Source: the human T2T-CHM13v2.0 reference genome, Homo sapiens
DNA: 64,000 bases
Assembly: GCF_009914755.1 (NCBI RefSeq)
Contig: NC_060946.1
Strand: one strand, 5' to 3'
Shown here: positions 33,829 through 48,640 of the stretch, one piece after another
Position numbering within the stretch: position 1 is the stretch's first letter
Layout of the letters: each line of letters starts with the position of its first letter
Made by a program: the position numbers and the translations under genes
The notes under the pieces: generated by a model
The model's input: only the letters and a program-made list of their open reading frames with translations
What the model was told of the DNA's origin: nothing
The model's database searches: none

Positions 33829-34366
33829 GCATTAAAGACCAGAGGGTAGAACTCAAGCTAATCTGCCACGGTCATCTCTCCAGTGACCAGCTCTTGCTCT
33901 GGATCAATGCACATCAGGAACACACCGTGGGGTAGTTCTAACAAACAACCCCTGTGCGGAGAGTCTTCAGGCGGGGAGAAGCGCCAAACCCTTAGGCCTC
34001 TTCCTAGGCAGCCTTTGGATTAAACCCTCTCTCTTCCTGATGCTGGTCCTCCATCCGCACTGGCTGGAGAAAAGGCCTCCTTTGGACTATGCCTCCCGGG
34101 AGGACATGGATGCCGAAATCCTTCTTCATCTTTAAAGATAATCAAAAATGTCTACCAGAGCCAGGCATGGTGACTGAAGCCTGTAATCCCAGCTACTTGG
34201 GAGGCTTAGGTGAGATCACTTGAGGCCAAGAGTTCAAGGTTGCAGTGAGCTATGATTGTGTCACTGCACTCTAGCCTGGGCAACAGAGCGAAATCCTGTC
34301 TCTAAAAAGAAAAAAAGGTCCACTGTGTACACCCTACCACACATATGCATTCTCTCTCTCTCTGTG

Positions 34367-34402
<36 letters not shown>

Positions 34403-34573
34403 AGTCACACTGGGCAACAGAATGGCTGAAAAGACTCATGTTCAATTAAGTTGTCTTTGGCATTTGGGTTCTTATTTCTATGTTCCTATGGTATTTACGG
34501 CAGGGGAAGAGAGGAAACCCTACTAAGTTTTGAGAAAGAATTCCCAATCCGTTTGCAGTAAAGAGGGTGAGGG

Positions 34574-35165
<592 letters not shown>

Positions 35166-37204
35166 GCGGGTGACCTCGGGTGAAAGCCCAGGGGTTAGGG
35201 CCTAAGGCCTGGGAACACCCTGATGAATGTGACAGTCCTGCCATCAAGGAACTCACAACTGCTGGGGGAGACAGACCATGAGAACACAGAGCCTGGATGC
35301 TCAGACAGGTCTAGCGGGAAGCAAGGAAAGTCCCTGCACCCGGACTTAGAGGCCCAGGAGAGACTCTACAGAGGGAGTGACCACCAGGCTAAAGACAAGA
35401 GGAGCCAGAAGAGTCTCCCGTGGGCTGGGGAGAAACACGTGGTAGCAGCAGAAGCTTGGGGAGGGGAAGAAAAGTAGGTCTGAATCCTAAAAGGCCTCGA
35501 GGCGCTTGGGCTGTAGCCTGCAGGGATAGGGACCCTTGGCAGGGTTTTGTGCAGGGAAAGGACATAATGGTGTTTACCTTTTAGAAGAGATCTAAGGGGA
35601 GAATCCGGTTAGGGAGCCCAGTTAGGAGGCTCTTGCAAGGCTCTTGCAAGGATGTCCAGGAAGGGAGGAGTGGGGAGTGGCAGCAGGGAAGGAGGGAGGG
35701 GCAGTGACGGAACCACACCACGTCACCCCACATCACATCACACCCTAGCCCAGAGAAAGCCTCTTCTGGTCTGGTGGCCTAAGGGAAAGGAAAGAGTCAA
35801 AATGAGCCCCTGTTTCCCATGCTGGTGAGATGGAGGCTGGCTAGTGGAGGGCTGGGTCGTTTTGGACATGGTAAACCCAGGAGGAGGGGCATGCCTGGGG
35901 GGCATAGGAGAAGGGGCTGACAGGTGCCATTTGGGACAAGTTGTGTTGGAGGTGCCTGGGGGATGTGTGACTGGAGATGACCAGCAGGCAGCCTGATGAA
36001 CTGGCATGGATTGAGGAGAGGGTTCTGGAGTTGAGCTAGAGTCATCCAAGCACAGGGAAGCGAGGTTGCCCACGGATGGGCGAGATGTGAAAGGCGGGAA
36101 GGTCAGGGCAGGGTCCCGAGGAACAGCGCGTTTCAGAGATGGATGAAGGAGAATGAGAAGGAGTGGCAGGGAGGCAAACAAACAAACAAAAAACAGGAAT
36201 CACCAATTCAGAGAAAACAGTGCAATGGCAGAGTCTTCAGGGGACTGGGAGCCTCTGTACCTCCAAGGCTGGAGAAGCAGCAAAGCCCCTGAGTCTGGAA
36301 GGTCTGTGGGGGCAGGAACTTGCCTGGTACATAATTAGTGCTCCATAAACAGTCATTTAATGAACAGATGAAAGCCGTAGGTGAGTTCCGACACAGGTGA
36401 GAGACCTCGGTGTATGCGTATTGTGGAGCAGTCGAGTGGATCAGACGGGAAGGTTGCTTAAGTCGTTCAGTCCTAGGATCTCTGCCTCTCCTCCCAGTGG
36501 GCCTGGGGGAACCCCTTCCCCTTATTCTCTCTCTCACCCTCTCTGGCCAACCAAGAATTTTACAGAGGCATGAGAGAGAGAGCCCCTGAAGTTTTGTAGA
36601 GATGCTCATGACACAGATTGCTACAGAGGAAAAAAGTCACCCCTGGAAAACTCATCTAAGAATATATCATGAAGTGGGCTATTTTGGGACTCAAATTACA
36701 CAAGAGGGCCTGGGAAGTGTGCAGGGATGAACACAGCTACAATTAATATTAACTAGAAGGTGTCATGTCTTTATCTTGTGAACACACAGCCCTCAGTGCC
36801 TGGCGGGTGGGCGAGAGGAAGGTGAATCCCTCCCGCCATGTACCCAGGCAGGAGTTGGGTGGTTTTGGGGGAGGGTGTCTGCCGGAGGAAGGAGGAGGGA
36901 GCCAGGCAGGGTTGCGGGGAATTGCTGGAGGAGGCGCCAGTTCTCAGGAAGCCTGAAGTCACCTTGGGCAAGGTGGCCTCCGAAGTTGGAAATGTAACTA
37001 CGATCGGGCCTCACCTAGTTCAGGGAAAGTCCAGACTCAGGACCAGAGAGACCGGGAGAGGACCAGGGGCTTTCCTAGGGTGTCATGGCCTCATGGAGTG
37101 TCCCTGGAAAAGAAGTTACTTAGCTTAATCTATAGGGCCTGTGCCTGAAAGAAATCAGTTTCCACTCTCTAAAAAGAGATTTTTTTAAAAAAAATCTCTA
37201 TCAC

Positions 37205-37500
<296 letters not shown>

Positions 37501-39309
37501 ATCTCAATCACATTGCACAGAGTATTTTGCTGGGCCGGAGGGTGGAAGGCCTGGGGATCAGGCTATGTGGAAATGCATCCCAGTATTTCCAGTCGCCAGT
37601 GGATCATCTTGAACTGGATGTCTCCCCTCCAGAAGCCTCAGCTTATTCATCTGTGACACCTCACAATAATCCGTTTCACGGAGTACTTCAACAGATTTGG
37701 GGAAAGGGGGATGGGTCAAATTAGATAATTGTACATTAAAAGGCCTCCATAGCCTGCAACCTCTCTGTGAGTGGCATGGTATCACTTATCAACCTGCCTT
37801 GTAAAGACTGCTGTGAGAATTTGACTCCCAGCTAAACTAAGAGAGTCACCAGGGCAGCCAGCTATCATGTCTGATTCCTCTGTGTTATTCTCAGAGGCAA
37901 GCGTGTTATCTATCTGTGTTATTATCAGAGTCAAGTGTGTTATCTAGTACTGCTTATCTATTAACTGCCTCCAACTGTTGGTTGAATAAGTAAGTCATTG
38001 GTACATAAAGGTGAATATCACAAAACAAGCACAATATTTCATATTAGTTAGATCTAGGAAAGACCTTTTCCAATGTGAACTGTTACTAAAATATTCTGTT
38101 CTGCTTCTAACCTTCTGTCCAACTGCAAATCACATCACATAATATTTGTGGTCTTTGAGAGCAAAAACCATGCCTTAATCATTCTGTTTCAATGTGAGCT
38201 CCGGGTGGGCAAGGACTTGGTTTTGCTCAGAGCCTGCACTTGGAAACGGGCCTTGCGCTTGGTAAGACTCCATGAGTATTTGGTAAATAAACAAATGGTT
38301 TCTAACCCTTAACACAGAGCTACGCATTCAGCAAATGTTGGTTGGATTAATTATTAAACAAGGGGGATACTTTTTCTTTCTAATATCTCTTTCTAACATT
38401 CCCGACTGAGGCGGCGTAGCAGAATGGTTAGGTAGGCGGGCTCTGGAATCAGATGGTCTGGGTTTGAATTCTGCCTATTCTACTTACTGGCTGGGTGACC
38501 TAGAGTAGCTACTGAACCTCTCTGTGCTTCAGGTTTCTCACTTGTGAAATGAGGATAACATTTTTTCTCCTTTTTTTTTCTGTTGCCCAGACTGGAGTGC
38601 AATGGTGCAATCATAGCTCACTGCAGCCTCAAAGTCCTGGGCTCAAGTGATCCTCCTACCTTGGCCTCCGTAAGCACTGGGATTACAGGTGTGAGCCACT
38701 CAGCTCAGCTAACAATTTTTCTAATAGGATTACAGGGTTCATTTAAAGTGTACATAAAATAATTAGCACATAGTAATTGCTACTTTTTTGTGACCATATC
38801 AGTCTCAACAACCTTCACTGACTGCCCTTTAACCACTGGATAGACCTAAAGTCGAATTATCCATAATTTGGCCCCATATCCCCCTCTTTCCAGTCCCATC
38901 TTCCCATACTTTAACACTAGCTGCCCTTTACTGGCTGCTACCTGTGCCAGACATTCTTCTAAGTGGTCTATATCCATTAACTTGTTTCCCTTCTCAAATA
39001 ACCTAGTAAGGTTGGACTTCATTTTTAAGAGACAGGGTCTCACTATGTTGCCCAGGCTGAACTCAAACTCCTGGGCTTAAGGGATCCTCTTGCCTCAGCC
39101 TCCCATGTAGCCAGGACTACTGGCCCATCACTGCGCCCAGCTGAGGTGGGACTTATTGCCCATATTTCACTGATGACAAGACAAAGGCCCAGAAAATAAA
39201 AATAACTTTCCTGGGGACACACAGCTAATATTAGGAAAGCTGGATTCATTCCCAGGACTCTGTGATGTGAAAGTTCATGCTGTTATTTACCATCTCTGAT
39301 ATCCTTGCC

Positions 39310-39465
39310 ATGCAAAGTTTGGTCAGTGGACCAGCACTCCTAGCATTACCTGGGGGCTTGCTAGAAATGCAGAGTCTCGGGCCTCACCCCAGACCTACTG
39401 AATCAGAATCTACATTTTAACAAGCCCCCTGGCTGCACAGGAAAATTTTGGAAGCACTATTGTAA
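39310..39465. mobile_element. MER5A
   Basis: tagaaatgcagagtctcgggcctcaccccagacctactgaatcagaatct...cattttaacaag. Confidence 0.85.
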
Positions 39466-39977
39466 ACCACTTTCTACCAGGGATACACGAGTACTAATTA
39501 AGTCAAAGAAGTGTTCTCGTTTAATCCCTACACCAACGTGGGAGGTCAGGAGAGTTAAGCATTATTATCCCATTTTGCAGATGAGGAGACTAAGGCTCTG
39601 AAAGGCATCTTGAAGTGACTGAGTCCACATAAGCCTGATGCCAGCATAATGTTCTGACTAAACTCAGTTTTAAGTCCCTCCACCTATAATGTCTTCATTC
39701 CCTCTCTCCACCTTGAATTCTTCTCCTCCTTTTAGGCTCCACTTGAAATCCCTTCTTGCTGGACAAAGCCCTTCTTACCCAGTTCCCACTGGGCAGATTG
39801 CTCCTTCCTTCATATTCCCATAAGCTCCCTCCACATACCTTTCTCTTGGCTCAAATTCTTTAAGAAATGTACACTGGGTGCAAACTGTGTACCAGGCACA
39901 TGGTAGGCATTGAGTAAATGTTTGTTGAGCCCATTTGCTCCCAAAGCATTTCTGACTGTGTTTATTAAAACACTATT

Positions 39978-40281
39978 GGGCCATGCCTGTAATCCCAGCA
40001 CTTTGGGAGGCCAAGGCGAGTGGATCACAAGGTCAAGAGTTCAAGACCAGCCTGGCCAAATGGTGAAACCCTAACTCTACTAAAAATACAAAAATTAGCC
40101 GGGCACGGTGGCAGGTGCCTGTAACCCCAGCTACTCGGAGGCTGAGGCAGGAGAATCGCTTGAACCCAGGGGGCAGAGGTTGCAGTGAGCCAAGATTGCA
40201 CCACGGCACTGTAACCTGGTCGACAGAGTGAGACTCCGTCTCAAACAAAACAAAGTAAAACAAAACAAAATAAACAAAAAA
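39978..40281 (+). mobile_element. AluS (Sg-like)
   Basis: Alu consensus with AAAAC-rich tail. Confidence 0.9.
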
Positions 40282-41584
40282 AGCCCAAAGAAACCACTCT
40301 CGTTACTCCTATCCTCTTCTGTGTTTGTCTGTCTCTCCCACTGCCCTGAGCTCCTGTGTGTCTCCAGACTATTGAGTCTGGCATCTTGTAGGGCGTCAAG
40401 TCGTAATAAACTAAGTGCTCTCCCATCTAAGGACACAATCTGTCTATATGTACTTAAGAGTGGAGCATTACCAGGAGTGAAGCTTTCCAGTTCCCAAGAG
40501 GGGTAAAGGACAAGTGAGGTGATGGACACCTTGCTGCTCACCACTCCCAATCTTTGGGCTGACACAGGATGCCAGAACTGATTATTGTAAAAAAAAAAAA
40601 ATAATAACAATAATGTGCAGACATTTGAAAATCTAACTCTCATTTTTTCCAGAGCATGAAAGGAAGGCCTAGAAATGGTAAGTGACCTTTTCAAATCCCC
40701 TGGGGTGAAAACCAGGTCCCCAATAACCTGTCGTTTCACAAGAAAAGGAGAAAGGGTAAAGGCGGCCGTGATGTCAGCGAAAGACCTCCAAGACAGAAAA
40801 CCTTGCAGTCCCCGTGCTCTGCCTCTTTCACGGGAGACCTGGGCAACGCACACGTTGCTAGGCCTCAATTTCTTCAACTGTAAAATGAGGGGGTTGGAGG
40901 AGCTTGAAAAGCTCCTTCCAGCTCTGAGATGCTGCGCTATAAAGTGAGAGAAATGTGAACCTTTAGTTGTTATGATCTGAAAATATTTTGAATGTGGAGA
41001 ATCAAATTGTAGAGCAGTGCATGAACAACATAATATGTTAATGACTAAGACGATTGTATTTAATCCGATGGGAAACAGCAGAGCTGCTGCCACCGCTGCT
41101 GTGTGTGTGCGTGTGTGTGGTGTGCACGCACGTGCGGTTTCCTTCCTTGAGCTCAAACATACATTTTGAATCACTAATATAGTAATCATGTCTCTGGCAG
41201 CCTATCTTGCCCAAACACACACGGAGAGACACCACACACCCTACTTCAAATTAAGGTGGGGGCGGGGGGAATTCCACTGCTGCTCTTTACATCATTTCTG
41301 TTTGGATAGCTATTTTTTAAAAGAAAGTTTTACAGTGAAGGTGTTGGACTCCCAGCCCAGAAGGGCTCTGATCTCAGAACTGGGACGCAAGGGTGGGGAG
41401 CTCGAGCTCTCATTAGCATTTCGCTTTTGCACACCCCCTGCCCGCTCCTCAGCCGTCACAATCCCGTCCTGCAGCAGGCCCCCCCACCAACACCGGACCC
41501 TCGACGGGGAAGGGGTCAGCTCGGCGGCCCCAGAGGCCACTGGGCCAGAACACGTGCTCCGGACTCCACGTGCGCGGAAAATGA

Positions 41585-42589
<1,005 letters not shown>

Positions 42590-43280
42590 TGAGCACCCTC
42601 TGGAAAATGGGCCCCAACCCGCCCCTACTTCCTGGGGCTGCAGTGAGGCCTGTAGAGCGAATGGCTGGGAACGTGTTTGGCAAATTACAAGGTGCTGGAC
42701 AGATGTCAGCCGTCGGTATTCCAGCGTTCAGAGGCACTGGCTCTGCTCTGTACTTCTGAAACTTCCCTGTCCAGCCTTCCTCCCCAGGGAAGACTGGGGG
42801 CCGAGGCCCTGTGGTTAAAATGCACCACTCAAAGGTCTTGATGATAACCTACGTGCTGCCCAGAACATATCCCGAGCCGCTTTCTCATGTGATCGTCAAA
42901 ACAACTTCAGGGAGTGGGTGGCGGTGACCTTCCCGGTCCCACCTCTGCCATGCTGCTCCTTGGACCACCCCTCTCCTCCCATAGTCAAAGCTGAGCTGGC
43001 GCCCTCACAGTCACAGCCTCTCCTGGGCCGGGTACTAGGCCCCAGCTGCCTGGAATGAATGGGGGACGGGGTATATTGAGGACCTACTGTGTGCCTGGCC
43101 CTGTGCTGGGCGCCTTGGCACAGCAGGTCACCTGACTCGGCAGCTCAGGAAAGGGCTCCTACTTAGCATATGTGTCCTGCTTGAGAGTTGGAAGGAGGGG
43201 CTGTTTCCAGGGTGGCTGGTGAGGCCAGTCCACTGTGGAACAGGTGGAAGACTTTAATCTTTATGCCTTTGGGTGGGAGT

Positions 43281-43478
43281 CCTGGGCAGCTTCCAGATCA
43301 AATGTAGGATGCCCCACTACATTTGAACTTTCAATAAACAACACATAACTTTTTAGTATCAGCTTATCCCAAACATGACATGAGACGTACTGATACTGAA
43401 AAATTCTTCGTTGTGTATCTGAAATTCAAATTGAATGGGAACGTTTTGTACTTTTATTTGCTAACTCTGGCTGCCCTA
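43281..43478. mobile_element. MER53 (palindromic hAT MITE)
   Basis: aaacaacacataactttttagtat...gttgtgtatctgaaattcaaatt...ttttatttgctaa...ctggctgccct. Confidence 0.75.
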
Positions 43479-46400
43479 CACTGAGATTTGTTAAGAAACA
43501 GCAGCAGCTTTTGGTGCCCAATTCAGAATAATACAACAGGAGTGGCTTGGGTTCACCACTCGAATTCCACTCAGTGAGTGAGGTTGGAGTCCTGGTTCCC
43601 CTCGAGGCTGAAGAGGCCTGAGGAGGGAAAATAGAGCTAGAAAGACCAGTGCTCAGGCTCATCTTCCTGGAAGGGGTGATCTAGGTAGTTGGGGTGATCT
43701 AGATAGTTGGCTACATTGGCTACCAGAAGGAAGGGTTAACTTTCCACTGCGCACATTTCTACCCTCCCTCTCTATAATTCCTCCCTGTCTGACTGAGTTT
43801 TCTTTGTATATTGTGTTCTGCAGAAGAAAAAGGCAAGATTGGACACAGAAGAGGGAAAAAGGATGTAGGCGGCAATACAGGCTGCAGCTGGGGTTAGGGG
43901 TCAAGTCTCATGATGTCATACTAACAAAGCCTCTATTTATTTAGCATTTAATATGTGCCATCCACTGTGTTAATGACTCACCTGCATTTTCTCATTAGCT
44001 TTTCACAACAACCGGGTGAATATGTGTTTTCCTTATTTTTGGAGAAAAAGACATCAGGATTCAGAAGTTTCTTGCCAGAGTTTCCATAGCTAGTAAGTGG
44101 CTGAGCCAGGACCCAAACTCCAAAGCCCTTGCTCTTAACCACTGTGCTACACTGCCCCAGTGTCTGAAATAATGGTGCAGTCCGATTAAGCAAGGGGTTT
44201 GAATGAAGCTAGCCTGGTCACAACCTGGAGTGCAGGTGGTGTACCCCTGTTACTAGAAGGGGGAGACTGGGCTTCTGGCCACTGAGGCATCTAGTCCCAT
44301 GTGGGATGACAGGACTCTTTCCTGCATAGTGAGGTATTTTTGACTCTTTAAATATTTAACAACAGAAACTTTTAACAATTGTGAACCCATCCAATAAGTA
44401 CAGGTTTAACCAGTGATTTCCTGAGGGCTGACTGTGTGCCAGGCACTACCTAGCCATGAAGAAGATACACGGTGTGGCTTTGCCCTCCAAGAGCTTAACA
44501 AATGCTAGGGCTCTGCTGGAAAGAAAAGAGTTTTTAAGGCTGAATGTGCCTAATCTGGGAAGGCTTCCTGAGGGAGGTGAGTTGCAGAATTGGAAAGGGA
44601 GAGGGTCAACTGGAATGGGCACTGTTTCAGTAAGAGAGCTTTTTGCTTCGAAAAAGCAAGGAGGTTTGATTGGCAGGTAAAAAGAGCTGTCGTGGGGGGA
44701 GGTGAGTACTGTGTGGGGCCTGGTTTGGGGACCCTAAAACTGGGCCCAAGGCAGGCAACCACCCCCAAGGAAGCAACAGTGTTGGACACTGTCTGCGCCC
44801 ACCCAAGTATCAGGACCTCCGGGTCCCCACCCTTAATCACTGTCCTGCCTGTCCGCACAGCCTCTTCTTCCCGAAGACCCTGAGAAGAAGTTGGGACAGA
44901 GAGGTTGACCCTGTTTCACAGGTGAGGAAACTGAGGCACAGAGAAGGAAAGAGACTTGCCCAGAGGTCACGTGGGCAGAGGTCACTTGGTTCTAGAAAAA
45001 CCCAGCTTCTGCTCTAGGGACTGCACCTTCTGATCACTGCCTGTCCCCCACCCCCACGCCAGCCTGTCCAGCTGGCAGGCAGCCTTCCCTGGCCATTAAC
45101 TTAGATCCTTCCTCCTCCCCTTTCGCCCTGAGGGAGGGAGTTTCCTTTGTTTCTAGTGAGAGTCTGGCTGCTGTGAGGCCAGGTGGGGCAGACTGAGATG
45201 GTTTACATGCAGGGACACGGGGGAACTGCCGAGGGGAGGCAGCAGGACATGCACACATCCAACTGTGTGCCAGAGTTTTGCATTTTATTTCATTTAATCC
45301 TCAGAATAACCCTGTGAGGTGTTATCATTTTGATTCCTGAATCACAGACAGGAAAGTAAGGTTCAGAAGGAGTTGCCCGTGGCTGCCGTGCCTACAGTCA
45401 CAGGCCAGCGGGTGATTCTATACCTGGTACTCAGGGATATGGAGAAAGGAGCCTAATTAGGAGAACATGAATGGGGGGTGAGGGGGGAGGGGCTGAGGAT
45501 GGGGACCAGTGAGGAAACAGCCCAGCAGGGGCCTTGTGGACTGGTAGGAGGGCCTTTGAGGAGGTCTGGCTGAGCGGCCTGTACCCTGGGCCTCTGCAAA
45601 TGTCAGAAAGCCCTTCCCAAACCGCCATTCAGCTGTTTACTTGTGGGGCGGGGTTTTTTTCTGCTGTTTTTTTTGTTTTGTTTTGTTTTGTTTCCTTTTG
45701 AGTGATCTGCTTACCTGGGTGCCTCTGAATGAGGGACTTTGTCTACTTAAATTACAGGCAGAAAGGGCATCTTTAGGGACCCAAAAATGATCTCCTGACC
45801 TATGCTACGCTAACAAAGAAGACCAGGGGAAGTTGCTGATGCATGGGCTGCTCAGGTCATCGTAACTGCCCCGGAGTGGACTTACAGCAAGACCATGTGT
45901 AGACTGGGAAACTCTTGGTTCTTATTTGCAAAGCCAGAGTAAGGGGACCAATCTGGATAGGCTGGCAACTTGGAAGGATTGTGCATCCGTTTGACCACTG
46001 GACAAATATTTAGAGGTTTACTGCATGTGCTAAGCATACTTCAGTGGAAAGCAGATACCTAAAACACACCTCTGCTCTTAAATAGCCTAATCTTCTGCTG
46101 ATCCATCATCTAATACAGTCTGAGGAGTGCTGGACAGAGGGCGTGGCGGGAGGGGCACTAGCCCAGCCCCTAAACCGGGTTAGGGAAGGCCCTTTGATGC
46201 CGAGGACCTGTCTACAGGCATGTCGGAACACAGCAGGAAGCTGAGATGGCACGAAGCTGTCCACCCATCTTGCGCCCAGGCTCCCTTGTGACCAGCGGCA
46301 TCCAATTTTGAGGCTGCTGGGCGGATTTAGAGAACGTTGCCTTGTGCTTTGGGAACAGAGGCAAGTTTACCACATCCGCTTCTCAAAGATTGACCCTTGA

Positions 46401-48325
46401 CCCCCGCATTCCTGGCTCACACCCAGATGAACCATTGACCCAGCTAACCAGCTCATCTTGGTTTATCACAAACTGTCCAATCTCCTCGGCACCTCAATAG
46501 CTGCGTAAGGCAGGGTCTTGTCTTCATTACACAGAGGCTCCCTCTGAGCTCCAAAAGGGTGAAATGACTTATCTTCAGACCAGGACAAGGAGGTTACACA
46601 ACATCCCCAGGTCCTTGGTTGGGATTACCAGTGACGCCAGTGACCCCATGTGGATTGTAAACACAACGTAGGAGAGGGAGGCTGCTGGAGTAGGTAACCA
46701 TGACTAACTAGGAGCTGCTTCTATTTTTATTCCTGTTGTAGTTAGTGGAAAAGGCCTGCCTGAATGGTTGAGGAAGGAGGGTAACCAGCCAGGCTGGTCC
46801 CTAACCCACCTCTGCCTGTCGATGGGTTTGTCCCTTTTCCTTCAAGGCCTGGCTAAGAGGCCACCTCTGCCTTGGCATTTTGTCAATTTAATTTTCAATC
46901 CAGAAGGTCCACACAGTTTGCTTTGGGAGAGTGCATTTGACCCTCCTGGATTGGGAACTTTGGAAAAGAGAGACTGGCTTACTCTCTCAGTTTCCTTTCC
47001 GGTACCCGAACAGTGCTCTGACTGTCACAGGTGATCAATTATCTGTTTATAGAATTGAAAACTGTCTTCTATTGGCCGCCTGTCCCTCTGGGGAAGCAAG
47101 TGTCTGGAGATGTCCCCATGGAATTGCACATTCCCTGGGGAACTCCTTTAATCTACATCGTAACAAGCTGGCTGGCAGCAGAGAGAAGAATGCTCTAAAT
47201 TGGGGATATGGGGTGCAGGGAGGGAGGTGCATCAGGGGATTTAGGGAAAGGCTCCAGAGCAGGAGGCATGGCTGGCTGAGGTTAGCAGCCTTGGTTTGAG
47301 GTCTGGGCAGCTGGTGGGAGGAGGATATGGTGAACAGCTGGGATACAGATGCCCCCGGGCATGGCATAGTCTTGGAGTCATCAGCTCAACTCCACAAAAG
47401 ACTCAGCTTTGCATATGGTGGGCCTGGCCCCTGAGTGGAGCCTACCGTCTTTCCCCATTAACTGCAAATGACGTTTCCCTCATTCAGCTACACTGGCAAA
47501 CAGTACCAAGCGCCTTCTCCATACCAGGCACTTTGCTGGACATTGAGATGCTGCAATGAAGCAGATGCCCAAAAAAAACCCTAGTTTAAAAAGTATGTAA
47601 TTTTTAAAAATGTTACTGGTTTTTGAATTCTGAAAGTCAAGCAATACATTCATTAGTCACCTCACCACCTTGTTTGAGAGCTGGTCCCAATTCTTGACTT
47701 GCTCCTAATACCTTCCTGCCTCCCTCTTTTCTCCCATTATCCTCCTCCCCTTCCATCTAAGGGGGACAATTGACTTTATCTAGAAGCTCGTAAGCTGCCT
47801 TTTAAAAGCCTGATTTAAATTCACAGAGCAAGAAGGGCCTCTCAGGCAGCCCAGGGACCCACAGGCCCCATGCACTCCTAATCGTTCCACCCTTCTGCAA
47901 GTGGCCATGCCACATGAGCTTTGTTTCAGAGGCACTGGGCAGTTCAGAGTCCTTGCTGCATTAAGGCTGGTGGATAATGGCACAGCTGCAGCTCCAGAGA
48001 ATAAGCACTTAGCCTTTCTGGGATCTTGCCCCGGCCTGTCCAGGTATTCCTGGCAAGCCCTGGACGAATTGGCTATTGGGTTCTGAGTCTTTCTCTTTTA
48101 TGCTTGATCAATGATCCCAGGAGCTGGCATTTCTGAGCAATGGACCAGCTTCATGTCAAAAACAGAAGACAGACTCTGAAGTTGAAAGGTCTTGATTTCT
48201 GCCCTCATCTGACCACTTACTCACTGTGTTCCCTTGAGCAAATCACCTCCCTCTCTAAAGCTCCTGGCTGATAAAATGGGGAAGATAATACTGAGCTTCC
48301 TGGATGGCTTTGAAAAACAAGGGAG

Positions 48326-48640
48326 GGTGGGGCATGGCGGCTCATGTCCCCAGCACTTTGGGAGGCCGAGGCGGGCAGATCGCTTGAGCTGAAGAATTTG
48401 AGACCAGCCTGGGCAACATGGCAAATCCCCATCTTTACAAAAAGTACAAAAATTAGCCAGATGTGGTGGTGTCTACCTGTAGTCCCAACTACTCTGGAGG
48501 CTGAGCTGGGTAGGTAGGAGGATTGCTTGATCATGGGAGGTGGAGGTTGCGGTGAGCAGAGATTTCGCCACTGCACTCCAGCCTGGGTGCCAGAGTGAAA
48601 CTCTATCTCAAAATAAATAAATAAAAAACAAAACAAAAAA
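48326..48640 (+). mobile_element. AluJ inserted in a MIR
   Basis: Alu consensus; TSD aaaaacaagggag. Confidence 0.85.

Noticed and set aside
43673-43710. Short tandem duplications (18 bp here; 11 bp at ~35627-35651; 15 bp AGGTCA repeat at 44961-44989)
   Set aside because: Ordinary slippage events with no supporting context
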